Shown one piece after another: positions 50,801-58,823 of a stretch of 64,000 nt of DNA (position 1 is the stretch's first letter; the number at the start of each line of letters is the position of its first letter). The stretch comes from Calditrichia bacterium (GTDB taxonomy: Bacteria; Calditrichota; Calditrichia; RBG-13-44-9; J075): contig JANQQU010000060.1 in NCBI GenBank assembly GCA_028284905.1, positions 147,226-211,225 on the forward strand, given 5' to 3'. A program made the translations under genes and the position numbers. The notes beneath the pieces were generated by a model. It searched no databases, was not told the DNA's origin, and saw only the letters and a program-made list of their open reading frames with translations.

Positions 50801-51330
50801 CCAAAGAGGGAAAACCAGGGCGTCCAGATGTGTGCCGGTATCAAGTGGGCGGCAGGATCTGTTTCCAGTACGATTTCAAAAAGGTCCCGGGCATCCAGTC
50901 CCAGAATTGGACGGCCATCCGAGCGTATATTTCCAATTTTTTCCAGGCGGCGTTGCAGCTTCTCGACAGCTTCCAATGAGGGCAGGAACACCACATTATG
51001 AATTTTTCGCACCCGGTCGTATTTTTTGTAAATATTGCTAATTTCACCGGCCAGCATAAATCGCACTTCGCCGCGGCAGGCAACCGGAATTTCCCGATCC
51101 ATCTCCCGGGCGATTTCCGCTTTCAAGCGAAACAGTCCTTCCTCCGCCGGCTCAAGCTTTTCCCGCATTTCTGTCAGCCAGCCCGGGTGGGCAATATCAC
51201 CGGTGCCGACAACATGAACGCCTTTGAGCTGCGCCCATTTGTATAGATGTTCAAAATTGAGATTTTTGCTGGTTGCCCGGGAGTAGTAGGAATGGATATG
51301 CAAATCGGCAACAATTTTCATAGCAGGCAC
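47899..51330 (-). CDS. Fusion protein: N-terminal Endonuclease-Q-like PHP-domain nuclease with a zinc finger (TIGR00375-like), joined by an acidic linker to a complete UvrD/PcrA-family SF1 DNA helicase.
   Basis: N-terminus 'KIVADLHIHSYYSRATSK...VVGTGDIAHPGW', 'IPAHIWTPWFSLFG', 'SNSDAHSP' and zinc finger 'C...CLRCG', then 'GYDGEFGVIKLF' (EndoQ-like PHP/Zn/C-terminal domains, ~430 aa). Helicase motifs follow: I 'AGPGTGKT', II 'IDEYQDIN', III 'GDADQAIYGFRGA', IV 'YRSN', V/VI 'TLHAAKGLEFPVVF' and 'YVGMTRAKDNL'. One uninterrupted 1143-codon frame. Confidence 0.8.
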   Translation of the reverse strand: MPAMKIVADLHIHSYYSRATSKNLNFEHLYKWAQLKGVHVVGTGDIAHPGWLTEMREKLEPAEEGLFRLKAEIAREMDREIPVACRGEVRFMLAGEISNIYKKYDRVRKIHNVVFLPSLEAVEKLQRRLEKIGNIRSDGRPILGLDARDLFEIVLETDPAAHLIPAHIWTPWFSLFGSKSGFDRIEDCFNDLTPHIFALETGLSSDPPMNWRWSALDNYTLVSNSDAHSPQKLAREATLFETELSYFAMFDAMKSADPNTFRGTLEFFPQEGKYHHDGHRKCGTNWTPKTTIAHDMRCLRCGKPVTVGVMHRIETLADRAEGERPEKTAPFHSLIPLPEVLSEIYEVGPNSKRVQKAYLGLLGKLGSELHILQDAPLEDLARDGGARLAEGIRRMRNCEVRPIAGYDGEFGVIKLFEKGEPAIYASQLDLFPSKGKPAAPEIENNVEVHSTEKTSADLEKDAAVDKKCGSPLTASDETDGDDLLAGLNPEQREAVLCVDRPLLVMAGPGTGKTRTLTHRIAYLIREKSVAAENILAITFTNKAAGEMAERVAALCEAEVAGRITINTFHGFGAMVLRESGESIGIDSGFTILDGLNQKLFLAKLFPDYKTRKLQRLAKNISEAKNVLLTGGEGETRKNIMSDESFLEDYQTYEKSLRSYQLVDYDDLLLQPVKLFSRFPEVLAAYQERYRWISIDEYQDINASQYALIRMLNTDQTNFCAIGDADQAIYGFRGADRSYFLRYQEDFPQTVKVQLTKNYRSNRNIVQAAGQVISRGDDSSGLSLISDIVSKKLIEFHVASTGKAEAEFVVQQIEARIGGTSHFSMDSGRAAGEEKSRGFSDFAVLYRLNRQVDDLAEALERSGIPYQSTERISFFEDPVIQQVLAYLWFAWNPQSLFHLENIYPDGNAKGETGEFLRVAAFAKNAGLSNWDVLQAFRDNNAFNDSQKAWLSKFIPLISEIRTGIQREAVAGFIQKILMFMQLQLSVTWPEEDRQLLDRLIAIAGDFHGDLQGFLQNTALQREGDAYDPRADRVSLMTLHAAKGLEFPVVFMVGCEEGILPFSRRGMKSDLEEERRLFYVGMTRAKDNLILSRAGKRQLENRRMENNPSRFLADIELALQAQLTTEKPKKVVLRKEKQNQLKLFE

Positions 51331-51333
51331 CCG

Positions 51334-51909
51334 TTATGGATTGCGCTTCCTTCCGGTCGTCACCAAATCCGACCACCATTTCACCCGATAGAAAATAGAA
51401 TCCAGCTGAGTAACGGAAATGCGAAAATCCTCTGCAACCCGTTTTTTAACGCCATGATTACTATTTTCGAACTCCATCGATTGCATGCCATTGGTGATAA
51501 TGCTGTCGATATAGGATTCATAAATGAGGCGATCCAGGGTACTGGGCTCGTAGCTGAAGATGGTAGTGTCCGGCGCCCATCCGTTCATTGCCCAACGATA
51601 GCCTTTCCCGGGGGTGTAAAGTGCGCCGGTGGTAGAAACCGCATCCATTGCCGCATCATCCCGGAAGACATACACCTTGGTTTTTTTACGTGGTGGAGGA
51701 TCGCCGGGCCAGTGAACAGCAAGTTTCACCTGTCGCATTGCCTCTGCAGTGGATAGATAAGGAGGAAGTTTAATTTTGATTATGTCTTCGTATTCGCTGT
51801 AGTTGTTTTGCAAAAGGCGGTATTGAATGTCAAGTGTGTCCCAGGCAGCCGTCTGGCCCCAGGCCAGCGAGCCGAAAAACAAAAGAGGAAGGAGATATTT
51901 CCATCGCAT
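51334..51909 (-). CDS. Secreted/periplasmic protein of unknown function, co-transcribed upstream of the EndoQ-UvrD gene.
   Basis: Signal peptide 'MRWKYLLPLLFFGSLAWGQ'. Its stop codon lies 3 nt before the GTG (or 12 nt before the ATG) start of the helicase gene. I recognise no domain. Confidence 0.5.
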   Translation of the reverse strand: MRWKYLLPLLFFGSLAWGQTAAWDTLDIQYRLLQNNYSEYEDIIKIKLPPYLSTAEAMRQVKLAVHWPGDPPPRKKTKVYVFRDDAAMDAVSTTGALYTPGKGYRWAMNGWAPDTTIFSYEPSTLDRLIYESYIDSIITNGMQSMEFENSNHGVKKRVAEDFRISVTQLDSIFYRVKWWSDLVTTGRKRNP

Positions 51910-52096
51910 ACTTTATCCTCTAAAGTTGGCAGGTTAGCAAAAAATGGATCGGTTTATAATAAGTAATTTTCCCACTCAAAAAAAGTTTTTTATTGGCAAA
52001 GCGGTTTAATTTTTCCATTTGTGATTGTATATTAGCAGGATTTGGGAAATGACTGCCCAGGAAAAATAAAACTGGTCATATCTAGCGAAGGAAGCC

Positions 52097-52864
52097 ATGA
52101 ATACGAGAAAGAATCCGCTACCATTGAAAACAGCAATGATACTCGCCGCCGGTTATGGTACCCGCATGAAAAACCTTACCAGACATACACCGAAACCCTT
52201 GTTATCGCTGGGCAAAATGCGCATCATTGAAGTTGCGATTTATAAACTGGCGGCACAGGGTATTGAACGGGTTGTTATCAACCTCCACTACAAAGCCGAG
52301 CAATTTCGACAAATTCTTGGCGATGGCAGACGATATGGGGTTGAGATTATCTATAGCGAAGAAACGGAGATTCTCGGTTCCGGCGGGGGCATTGCAAATG
52401 CGGAAATTTATTTTCAGGATGAAACAATCCTTGCGGTAAACGCCGATGTGCTTTGCAATCTGGATATTCGAAAATTGTATAATTATCATTGTGAGCAAAA
52501 GGCTCTGGTAACCATGAATGTCTTACCCTCAATCAACAATGATGATTACGGCCTGGTACGTTACAATGACCAGAATCGACTGCTTGGTTTCAATCTGACC
52601 GGGCAGGATTTACCCGATGCCAACAACACCGGCATCTTCACCGGTCATCAAATCCTTTCACCGAAAGCCCGCGCTTATTTGAAAGCTGAGAATCAATCGA
52701 TTATCACGCACCTCTATAAGGCCGCGATAGGAAGGGAAGAGAATGTGCAGGTTCATCCTTTTGAAGGACAATGGATCGATGTTGGCACAGAAGAATTCTA
52801 TCATCGGTTTGTGGCAGCGATAAAATCAGGGGAAATAAATCTGGACAGCTTTATCTACAGTTAA
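52097..52864 (+). CDS. Nucleotidyltransferase (MurU/GlmU-N-terminal-like sugar-1-phosphate nucleotidyltransferase).
   Basis: 'AMILAAGYGTRMKNLTRHTPKPLL' NTP_transferase signature; 255 aa. Confidence 0.7.
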   Translation: MNTRKNPLPLKTAMILAAGYGTRMKNLTRHTPKPLLSLGKMRIIEVAIYKLAAQGIERVVINLHYKAEQFRQILGDGRRYGVEIIYSEETEILGSGGGIANAEIYFQDETILAVNADVLCNLDIRKLYNYHCEQKALVTMNVLPSINNDDYGLVRYNDQNRLLGFNLTGQDLPDANNTGIFTGHQILSPKARAYLKAENQSIITHLYKAAIGREENVQVHPFEGQWIDVGTEEFYHRFVAAIKSGEINLDSFIYS

Positions 52865-52901
52865 TAATCCGGTATTCAGCAAACCGGCCAATGGGTGAAT
52901 A

Positions 52902-53852
52902 TTACTTCAGCAAAACCATACGTTTCGTTTCCACAAAGTTTCCGGCTTGCAAGCGGTAGAAGTAAATTCCACTGTTTAATTCCTCACCTCTAAAAAGCAC
53001 CTCATATTTTCCCGCGGCCTGAAAATGATCGACCAAAGTTCTCACTTCTCTCCCCGAAACGTCAAAGACTTTCAAATTCACCAGGACGCCTTTAGCTAAC
53101 CGATAGGCAATTTTGCTTGTTGGGTTAAAAGGATTTGGATAGTTTTGTTCCAGGGCAAAATCCGGTAACAAATCCGCATCTGGTTCGACAGTTGTTGTGC
53201 CGGGACCAAAATCAACATCACTGGTCGAATAAAAGGCTTCCGGGCTGTCAGAACGTTGCCAGACGCTGTAAATGACATGCTTACCGGTTCGAGCCGGTAA
53301 ATCAACGGGAATATCGACCCTGCCCGCTGCTGCGCTCTGCGTTGTTCGGACAAGGAGGGTAAGATCATCCCAGGTCAATGGAGAATCCGGTGTCCAGTTT
53401 TCGTTGGTTATATAAACATCATAGTATTCCGTGGCATGCGGCGCGGTGTTTGTCCAGGTAACCATCAAAGGGCCGGGGGTCACCGGCGTCGCTACCCAAT
53501 CCGACCGCACCTGATCCATTCCACCATATTTATCTGGCCGACCACCGCTCGCCAGATTACCATCCGGCACAACCTGCAAGTGGTTACCATTTGCATTCGC
53601 TTGATTAATTTCCATCCAGTCATATAACGGTTGAGTACCATGGGAGGCTACTGCATCTATACATGGGGAAGAAACCGGATTTTCCGGGTTTTCCTGATAA
53701 CAGATCCAAACACGGCTTGGCGGATCCGTTACTGTACCATGGGCATAGGAAAAGTGAGGCGTTATAAAAACAAAACAAATCGAAGCAAGCAAGCTCAAAA
53801 ATCGAATGTTCAAAATAGGCCTGTTCGCATCGACCAGTTTTGTTAGCAACAT
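52902..53852 (-). CDS. AA10 lytic polysaccharide monooxygenase (chitin-binding type) with a T9SS C-terminal sorting domain.
   Basis: The mature N-terminus 'HGTVTDPPSRVWIC' follows the signal peptide 'MLLTKLV...FSYA'. AA10 motif 'HVIYSVWQRSDSPEAFYSTSDV'. C-terminus 'LEQNYPNPFNPTSKIAYRL...GIYFYRLQAGNFVETKRMVLLK'. The start is taken at the ATG after 'ggagga' (the ORF track allows 53876). Confidence 0.75.
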   Translation of the reverse strand: MLLTKLVDANRPILNIRFLSLLASICFVFITPHFSYAHGTVTDPPSRVWICYQENPENPVSSPCIDAVASHGTQPLYDWMEINQANANGNHLQVVPDGNLASGGRPDKYGGMDQVRSDWVATPVTPGPLMVTWTNTAPHATEYYDVYITNENWTPDSPLTWDDLTLLVRTTQSAAAGRVDIPVDLPARTGKHVIYSVWQRSDSPEAFYSTSDVDFGPGTTTVEPDADLLPDFALEQNYPNPFNPTSKIAYRLAKGVLVNLKVFDVSGREVRTLVDHFQAAGKYEVLFRGEELNSGIYFYRLQAGNFVETKRMVLLK

Positions 53853-53919
53853 AATCCCTCCTCCGTAACCGAACATGTCATTGCCGAGGAATAACTACTT
53901 ATTCGGGATTTAATTCCCG

Positions 53920-56208
53920 TTATTTCAGTAATACCATCTTGCTTGCCTGCTGAAAATCTCCGGCAGTCATCACAGCATAATACACTCCGCCGGCAACTGG
54001 CTGGCCATCATCATTTACCCCCTGCCACTGTAAACGGTGTTCTCCCGGCGTATAAGTTCTCTCAACAAGCGTTTTAACGACTTGCCCCAATGGATTAAAT
54101 ATCTCTATACGCACCTGAGGTAAAGCACCTTCTTTCGCCGGCACATTAAAGCGTAATGTTGTGGAAGGATTAAATGGATTCGGGAAATTCGTATAAAGCT
54201 CAAATTGCCCCGGAATGCCTCCGGAACTTTCCCCGATCGTCACATACACCGGTCCATGTTCCACTTGCACATTGTTGGCATCGACATCAACCAGTTTATA
54301 CCAATATGTTTCCCCATTTTGCACTTGTTCATCACGATAAGAATAAAAGTGCGGCACATTGGAATTGAATTGCCCCTCAAGATCGTCATTGTATTCGTAT
54401 GCACTAATTTCCTGAAATGGTCCAAATTCTGAAGCGGCTCTCAGTATGCGAAAGCCGACATTGTTTACTTCACTTTCCGTTGTCCATTCCAGCAATGCAA
54501 ATCCATCTCCGGATGCAGCCGTGAAGGAGCTCAGAGAGACCGGTAATGCGCCATCGGCCTGGATATCCGTGTAGCGGCGTGGTAAAATCTGATACCCTTC
54601 CGTATAGGGGAATGATGTATCGAATTGACCGAAAAGACCCTGCACATCTTTCGGCCAGGAAGGTTCTATGTTTTCATCCAAGTCAGTATCTTTATCTACG
54701 CGCAAAGCGATAACACCGCTGCTGACATCATCAGCAATTTCCAAATTGGCATTATTGCCACTGCTTGGCCAGGCATCACCATTGCCGGTATTTTCGATAT
54801 GTTGAATCGCGATAAACAATCCCTCATAGGTTTCCGGGTCGGCAAGCAACTGATCTATTGTCACCACTGTAAAACCGGGCATCGTGCCGGCGCCGTTATC
54901 GGTGATTGCAGCAGCATCAAACGGCAACACTTCCGGCTTCCCAAGAAAAAAGTCGACTTCACCGAGAACAGTATAACTATTTCCCTCGGTGACCGTCACA
55001 CTACTTAAACCGCCTCCGAAAATATTAATGCCGCCGGTATTATCCTGCAGATAGACATCGAGGTTCGCGGTTTGAAAAACACCACTACTAACCGTCGCCA
55101 CGCCGGTAACCCGGGCAAGGTATTCGTGGTAGGTTAACAATCCATTGCCATCGGCATCATTCAATGTTAAAATGTCGACCGTCCCGGCAAAGAGATTGAC
55201 ATGATCACTTTCCGTTGATTGTGGCGTCGGTGCATCATCCTCTGCATACACCCAATATTCCACGACATCGCCATCGGTATAATTACTTTCTGCAATTGTC
55301 GCGGCGTAATTATCTCCTCCGGTGTTGGACATACTAATCATCTGTGTAGCACCGCTGTTGATTGTGTATCGAAGCTCCACCAGGGTTAACAGGGTATCGT
55401 CGGTTACCGTTGCTGTTACCACGAGATCCTGATTCTCCAGGGGGATTTGTGGTGCACCGACAACATTGGTTACGGAAGGTGGTGCATCGCCGCCAAGGGA
55501 AATATTGTCGATATAAACCCGGCGTGCAGAAGAGGCATTGGCAAAATGGGTGTAAACACCGAAGAAGGATGATGTTGTATGCGTGTTGTCAGTCAAGGTG
55601 CCGGCACTATTGGTCGGCGCCGCGCTAAATGTAAAGCCGGTATCATAGAACAATTCAAATTGCCCACTACCATTTCGTTGTACGATTACATTCAAACCAT
55701 CATCGAGCGCACCGGAAGCAAAGCTGGGGGATGAAGGAAATGCGCCGACCTTCGTCTGTGTTGTTCCGGAGTTTCTCCAAAGCTCCAGAGAGTCGAGGGG
55801 CGGTCCATTAATCCCCACTTTTAAATAATACCCATTCCAGGTTGCGCTGGTAATATCCCCGGTAATCGCCTGGTCGGACATTAATATCACCCCAAAATAA
55901 TTGACGCTGGAAGGATTAAAAGTGCCGGTCGCCAGTGAAAAGCGCCATTCGGTTACAATATTACTGGGAGTTGTTAAAACAGCATTTCCCACGGAAGCAT
56001 TAGAGCCCAAAAAAGCACCATCACTACTAGCATTCCCGCTGGGAATTGTCGCATCGCTGAGCACTGCGAAGCTAGCGGCGTCGCCAGACCATACGGGATC
56101 GTTAGTAAAATCGCCGTCGGAAAAATCATCGGTGATTTGAGCCTGTAAAGTAGAATTGATCAAAACAGATAAGCACATAAACGAAACGAGAAAGACCAGA
56201 AAACGCAC
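53920..56208 (-). CDS. Large secreted surface protein with beta-rich/Ig-like modules and a T9SS C-terminal sorting domain; function unknown.
   Basis: Signal peptide 'MRFLVFLVSFMCLSVLINSTLQA'. An internal conserved module 'LSSFTAASGDGFALLEWTTESEVNNVGFRILRA'. C-terminus 'ELYTNFPNPFNPSTTLRFNV...GVYYAVMTAGDFQQASKMVLLK'. Confidence 0.6.
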   Translation of the reverse strand: MRFLVFLVSFMCLSVLINSTLQAQITDDFSDGDFTNDPVWSGDAASFAVLSDATIPSGNASSDGAFLGSNASVGNAVLTTPSNIVTEWRFSLATGTFNPSSVNYFGVILMSDQAITGDITSATWNGYYLKVGINGPPLDSLELWRNSGTTQTKVGAFPSSPSFASGALDDGLNVIVQRNGSGQFELFYDTGFTFSAAPTNSAGTLTDNTHTTSSFFGVYTHFANASSARRVYIDNISLGGDAPPSVTNVVGAPQIPLENQDLVVTATVTDDTLLTLVELRYTINSGATQMISMSNTGGDNYAATIAESNYTDGDVVEYWVYAEDDAPTPQSTESDHVNLFAGTVDILTLNDADGNGLLTYHEYLARVTGVATVSSGVFQTANLDVYLQDNTGGINIFGGGLSSVTVTEGNSYTVLGEVDFFLGKPEVLPFDAAAITDNGAGTMPGFTVVTIDQLLADPETYEGLFIAIQHIENTGNGDAWPSSGNNANLEIADDVSSGVIALRVDKDTDLDENIEPSWPKDVQGLFGQFDTSFPYTEGYQILPRRYTDIQADGALPVSLSSFTAASGDGFALLEWTTESEVNNVGFRILRAASEFGPFQEISAYEYNDDLEGQFNSNVPHFYSYRDEQVQNGETYWYKLVDVDANNVQVEHGPVYVTIGESSGGIPGQFELYTNFPNPFNPSTTLRFNVPAKEGALPQVRIEIFNPLGQVVKTLVERTYTPGEHRLQWQGVNDDGQPVAGGVYYAVMTAGDFQQASKMVLLK

Positions 56209-56596
56209 GATGCATACCTCAGCAACTTTTTATGAAACCCGGTAAATAAGGCACAAACATCCGTGTATAATCAATCTTTTCATCCAGTGAGAAGTTTCGC
56301 GATATTTTAGTTAAGAGACAAGAATATTTTAAAACTAAATGCATTTTTAACTTGAATTTAACGCTTCCACGACACTCTGCAAATTATTCGCGGATTGGTG
56401 ATGTCTGGCATTCTATAAAGCAACCCGGGAAGTAACTTATGAAAATCCACAATTTGGAACTTTTCGACAAAACGGCAGGTATTGGGTATTACCACCTGGC
56501 ATGACCAAATGCACCGGAAATACTTAAATTGTTTTGACCGTCATTTTGGTTATTGCTTTCCGATTTACTTTGATATTAAATTCGTTTGTCACATAA

Positions 56597-58783
56597 TTGT
56601 TTTTTCGGTTGGTAGATCGGGTATTTTTCCCCGGCAAAAACAGGAGCAATCTACTGAGTTTTTTAAATCCTGCAATACTTTATGCATTAGCTGCAGCTGC
56701 AATTCCCCTGCTTATTCACTTATTGAACCGTCGAAAAATTAAACGCATACCTTTCAGCACTATTCAATTTTTGAAACGGATGGAAAAAAAGCAAATGCGT
56801 AACCTGCGCATTCGCCAACTGCTGTTGTTGTTGTTAAGAACTGCAATCATCCTTTGCCTGGTTATTGCTTTCGCCCGCCCGACCCTTCGCAATGGTGCCG
56901 GCAGCTTGCTGGCAGAGAGGAGTCCCATTGAAGCAGTCATTATTTTAGACAACTCTCTTTCACTGAATGAGGCGCGCTTAACCGGCAGCTTACTGGAGAA
57001 TCTCCGCCAGGCTTTTATTGCCCTGGAACCTGTATTCCAAAACAGCGACCGCATCACAATCATGCAGGCTTCGCAGCCACAGGATTTTTTTGTTCGCCAG
57101 GAAAGTTACCAAAGTGGAATGTGGGAAAGAGTGTTGCAAAAGCTACAGCCCAATTATCTGAAGAGTAATTTAAACAACGCGCTCTTATCTGCACTGAGCA
57201 TTACTGATCAATCCGTCTATGCTTCCCGGGAAATTTATTTGCTCTCGGATTTTCAACATTCGGCTTTTCAGGAAAGTTCACTGTCAGAATCCATCACTGC
57301 GACAGAAAATGAACGGGCGAAGATCTTTACAATACCAATTGTGCACGGTAGCCAGGAGAATATTTCCGTGGACAGCGTTGCCGTGGTCAATCAACTAATT
57401 GAGACCAACCAGCCTTTGCAAATAAAAGCGTTTATTCGCAACCATCATCCGGACAAATATTTGAACACGCTAACTTCGGTGATGTTAAACGGCAAAAGAG
57501 TTTCCCAACAAAAGGTGAGCCTGGCGCCTGGTCAGCTCAGTGAAGTTCGCTACCAGCTGACTTTAACGGAAAGCGGTTTCATTCAGGGACGCATCGAAAC
57601 GGAGAGCGACATCATCCAGGAGGATAACCGGCGCTATTTCAACTTTTACGTGCCGGAGCGGATCAAAGTGCTACACATTTACCCCGATGCAGCCTACCAA
57701 AGCTTTTTGCCATTGGTCATTCAACCGGCTATCCAGCGCAATGTTTTTGAATATGAAGGTGAAGCGTTGGTAAACTGGACAGCTCGTAATTTTAATGAAT
57801 TTGACATGATTGTCCTGGAAGGGTTGGAACAAATTCCGGAAGCGTTAGTAAATCGCCTCAACTTTTTTGTCGAGCAAGGTGGCGGAACGCTTGTTATTCC
57901 CGGGGAAAACATAACTATTCCGCAATATCGCACACTTTTCAACACTTTTCAATTTGGCAGCATATTGACGATGCAGGGCACGCCGGGCAGCACGAGCAGT
58001 TTCCTTACGCTGGAAAACTTCATGTGGGACCACCCGGTTTTTGAAGGTCTTTTCGAGGATAATCAGCGCAAACTAAATCCGATCGAAGTATACGCCAGCT
58101 ATCGGGTAAAAACACAGGCAGCATCCGATGTGTTGATCAGTTTAAGCGATCGATCACCACTATTACTCCATAATCAAACCGGCAAAGGCAGTGCTTTTTT
58201 TCTGACAACCGGTCTTTCCCCGGAGTGGTCGCAACTTCCCCTGAAAGGGTTTATCGTGCCGCTCATTTATCGCTCAACATACTATGCGGGAACGCAGAAG
58301 GTGCTTGATCGTCAGCAGATTCGTACCGGGGAAATCTACCAGCAGCAGTTCACCAATCTGGAAACGCCATATGATTTTCAAATGGAAGGCGACAATGCCG
58401 TTGCGGTAAAACTGAATCCCCGCTTCAAAGGCGCCGACGTTTTTCTCGAGTTCCGGGAATCATCCCTGCCGGGCAACTACCTGCTCCGCCACAACAACAG
58501 AACATTGAGCGTTGTTTCCGTAAACAGCTGGCCGGAAGAATCGGAGATGACATTCTACACGTCTGAAGAATTGCTGTCATTTTTACCGGATGCTTATTAC
58601 TTTAATGATCCGGCAACAATCGCAGAGCAAGTGCAGCAAAGTCGTTTTGGACAGGAATTATGGCGTCACTTTCTTATTGCAGCATTTATACTGTTACTCA
58701 TTGAAATGATCGTTGCCAGAACCGGGAACAGGGACGCAACGGCTGAAGATAGCGGCGATAGCAATGTCGCATTCAATAATTAG
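56597..58783 (+). CDS. BatA-like aerotolerance-family membrane protein with an N-terminal double-TM domain, a vWA domain and a C-terminal TM anchor.
   Basis: N-terminus 'LSFLNPAILYALAAAAIPLLIHLLNRRKIKRIPFSTIQFL' matches the N-terminal double-TM (BatA_N) pattern. 'VIILDNSLSLN' is a vWA MIDAS-like D-x-S-x-S. C-terminal TM 'WRHFLIAAFILLLIEMIV'. The start may be slightly downstream of 56597. Confidence 0.7.
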   Translation: MFFRLVDRVFFPGKNRSNLLSFLNPAILYALAAAAIPLLIHLLNRRKIKRIPFSTIQFLKRMEKKQMRNLRIRQLLLLLLRTAIILCLVIAFARPTLRNGAGSLLAERSPIEAVIILDNSLSLNEARLTGSLLENLRQAFIALEPVFQNSDRITIMQASQPQDFFVRQESYQSGMWERVLQKLQPNYLKSNLNNALLSALSITDQSVYASREIYLLSDFQHSAFQESSLSESITATENERAKIFTIPIVHGSQENISVDSVAVVNQLIETNQPLQIKAFIRNHHPDKYLNTLTSVMLNGKRVSQQKVSLAPGQLSEVRYQLTLTESGFIQGRIETESDIIQEDNRRYFNFYVPERIKVLHIYPDAAYQSFLPLVIQPAIQRNVFEYEGEALVNWTARNFNEFDMIVLEGLEQIPEALVNRLNFFVEQGGGTLVIPGENITIPQYRTLFNTFQFGSILTMQGTPGSTSSFLTLENFMWDHPVFEGLFEDNQRKLNPIEVYASYRVKTQAASDVLISLSDRSPLLLHNQTGKGSAFFLTTGLSPEWSQLPLKGFIVPLIYRSTYYAGTQKVLDRQQIRTGEIYQQQFTNLETPYDFQMEGDNAVAVKLNPRFKGADVFLEFRESSLPGNYLLRHNNRTLSVVSVNSWPEESEMTFYTSEELLSFLPDAYYFNDPATIAEQVQQSRFGQELWRHFLIAAFILLLIEMIVARTGNRDATAEDSGDSNVAFNN

Positions 58784-58823
58784 CACACTATTTTCTGTAT
58801 ACTATTAGGAGGAAAATACTTTA

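Noticed and set aside
49351-51756. Cluster of plus-strand ORFs (61-178 aa) antisense to the EndoQ-UvrD gene.
   Set aside because: Same reasoning as above. The minus-strand frame carries all helicase and PHP motifs without interruption, and the antisense ORFs are Arg/Pro/Ser-rich artefacts of GC-skewed codon third positions.
46448-51909. PhoH-PIN + EndoQ-UvrD + secreted protein as one multi-gene defence operon.
   Set aside because: PhoH is on the opposite strand and converges on the helicase, so they cannot share a transcript. Only the 191-aa gene and the helicase are co-oriented and coupled.
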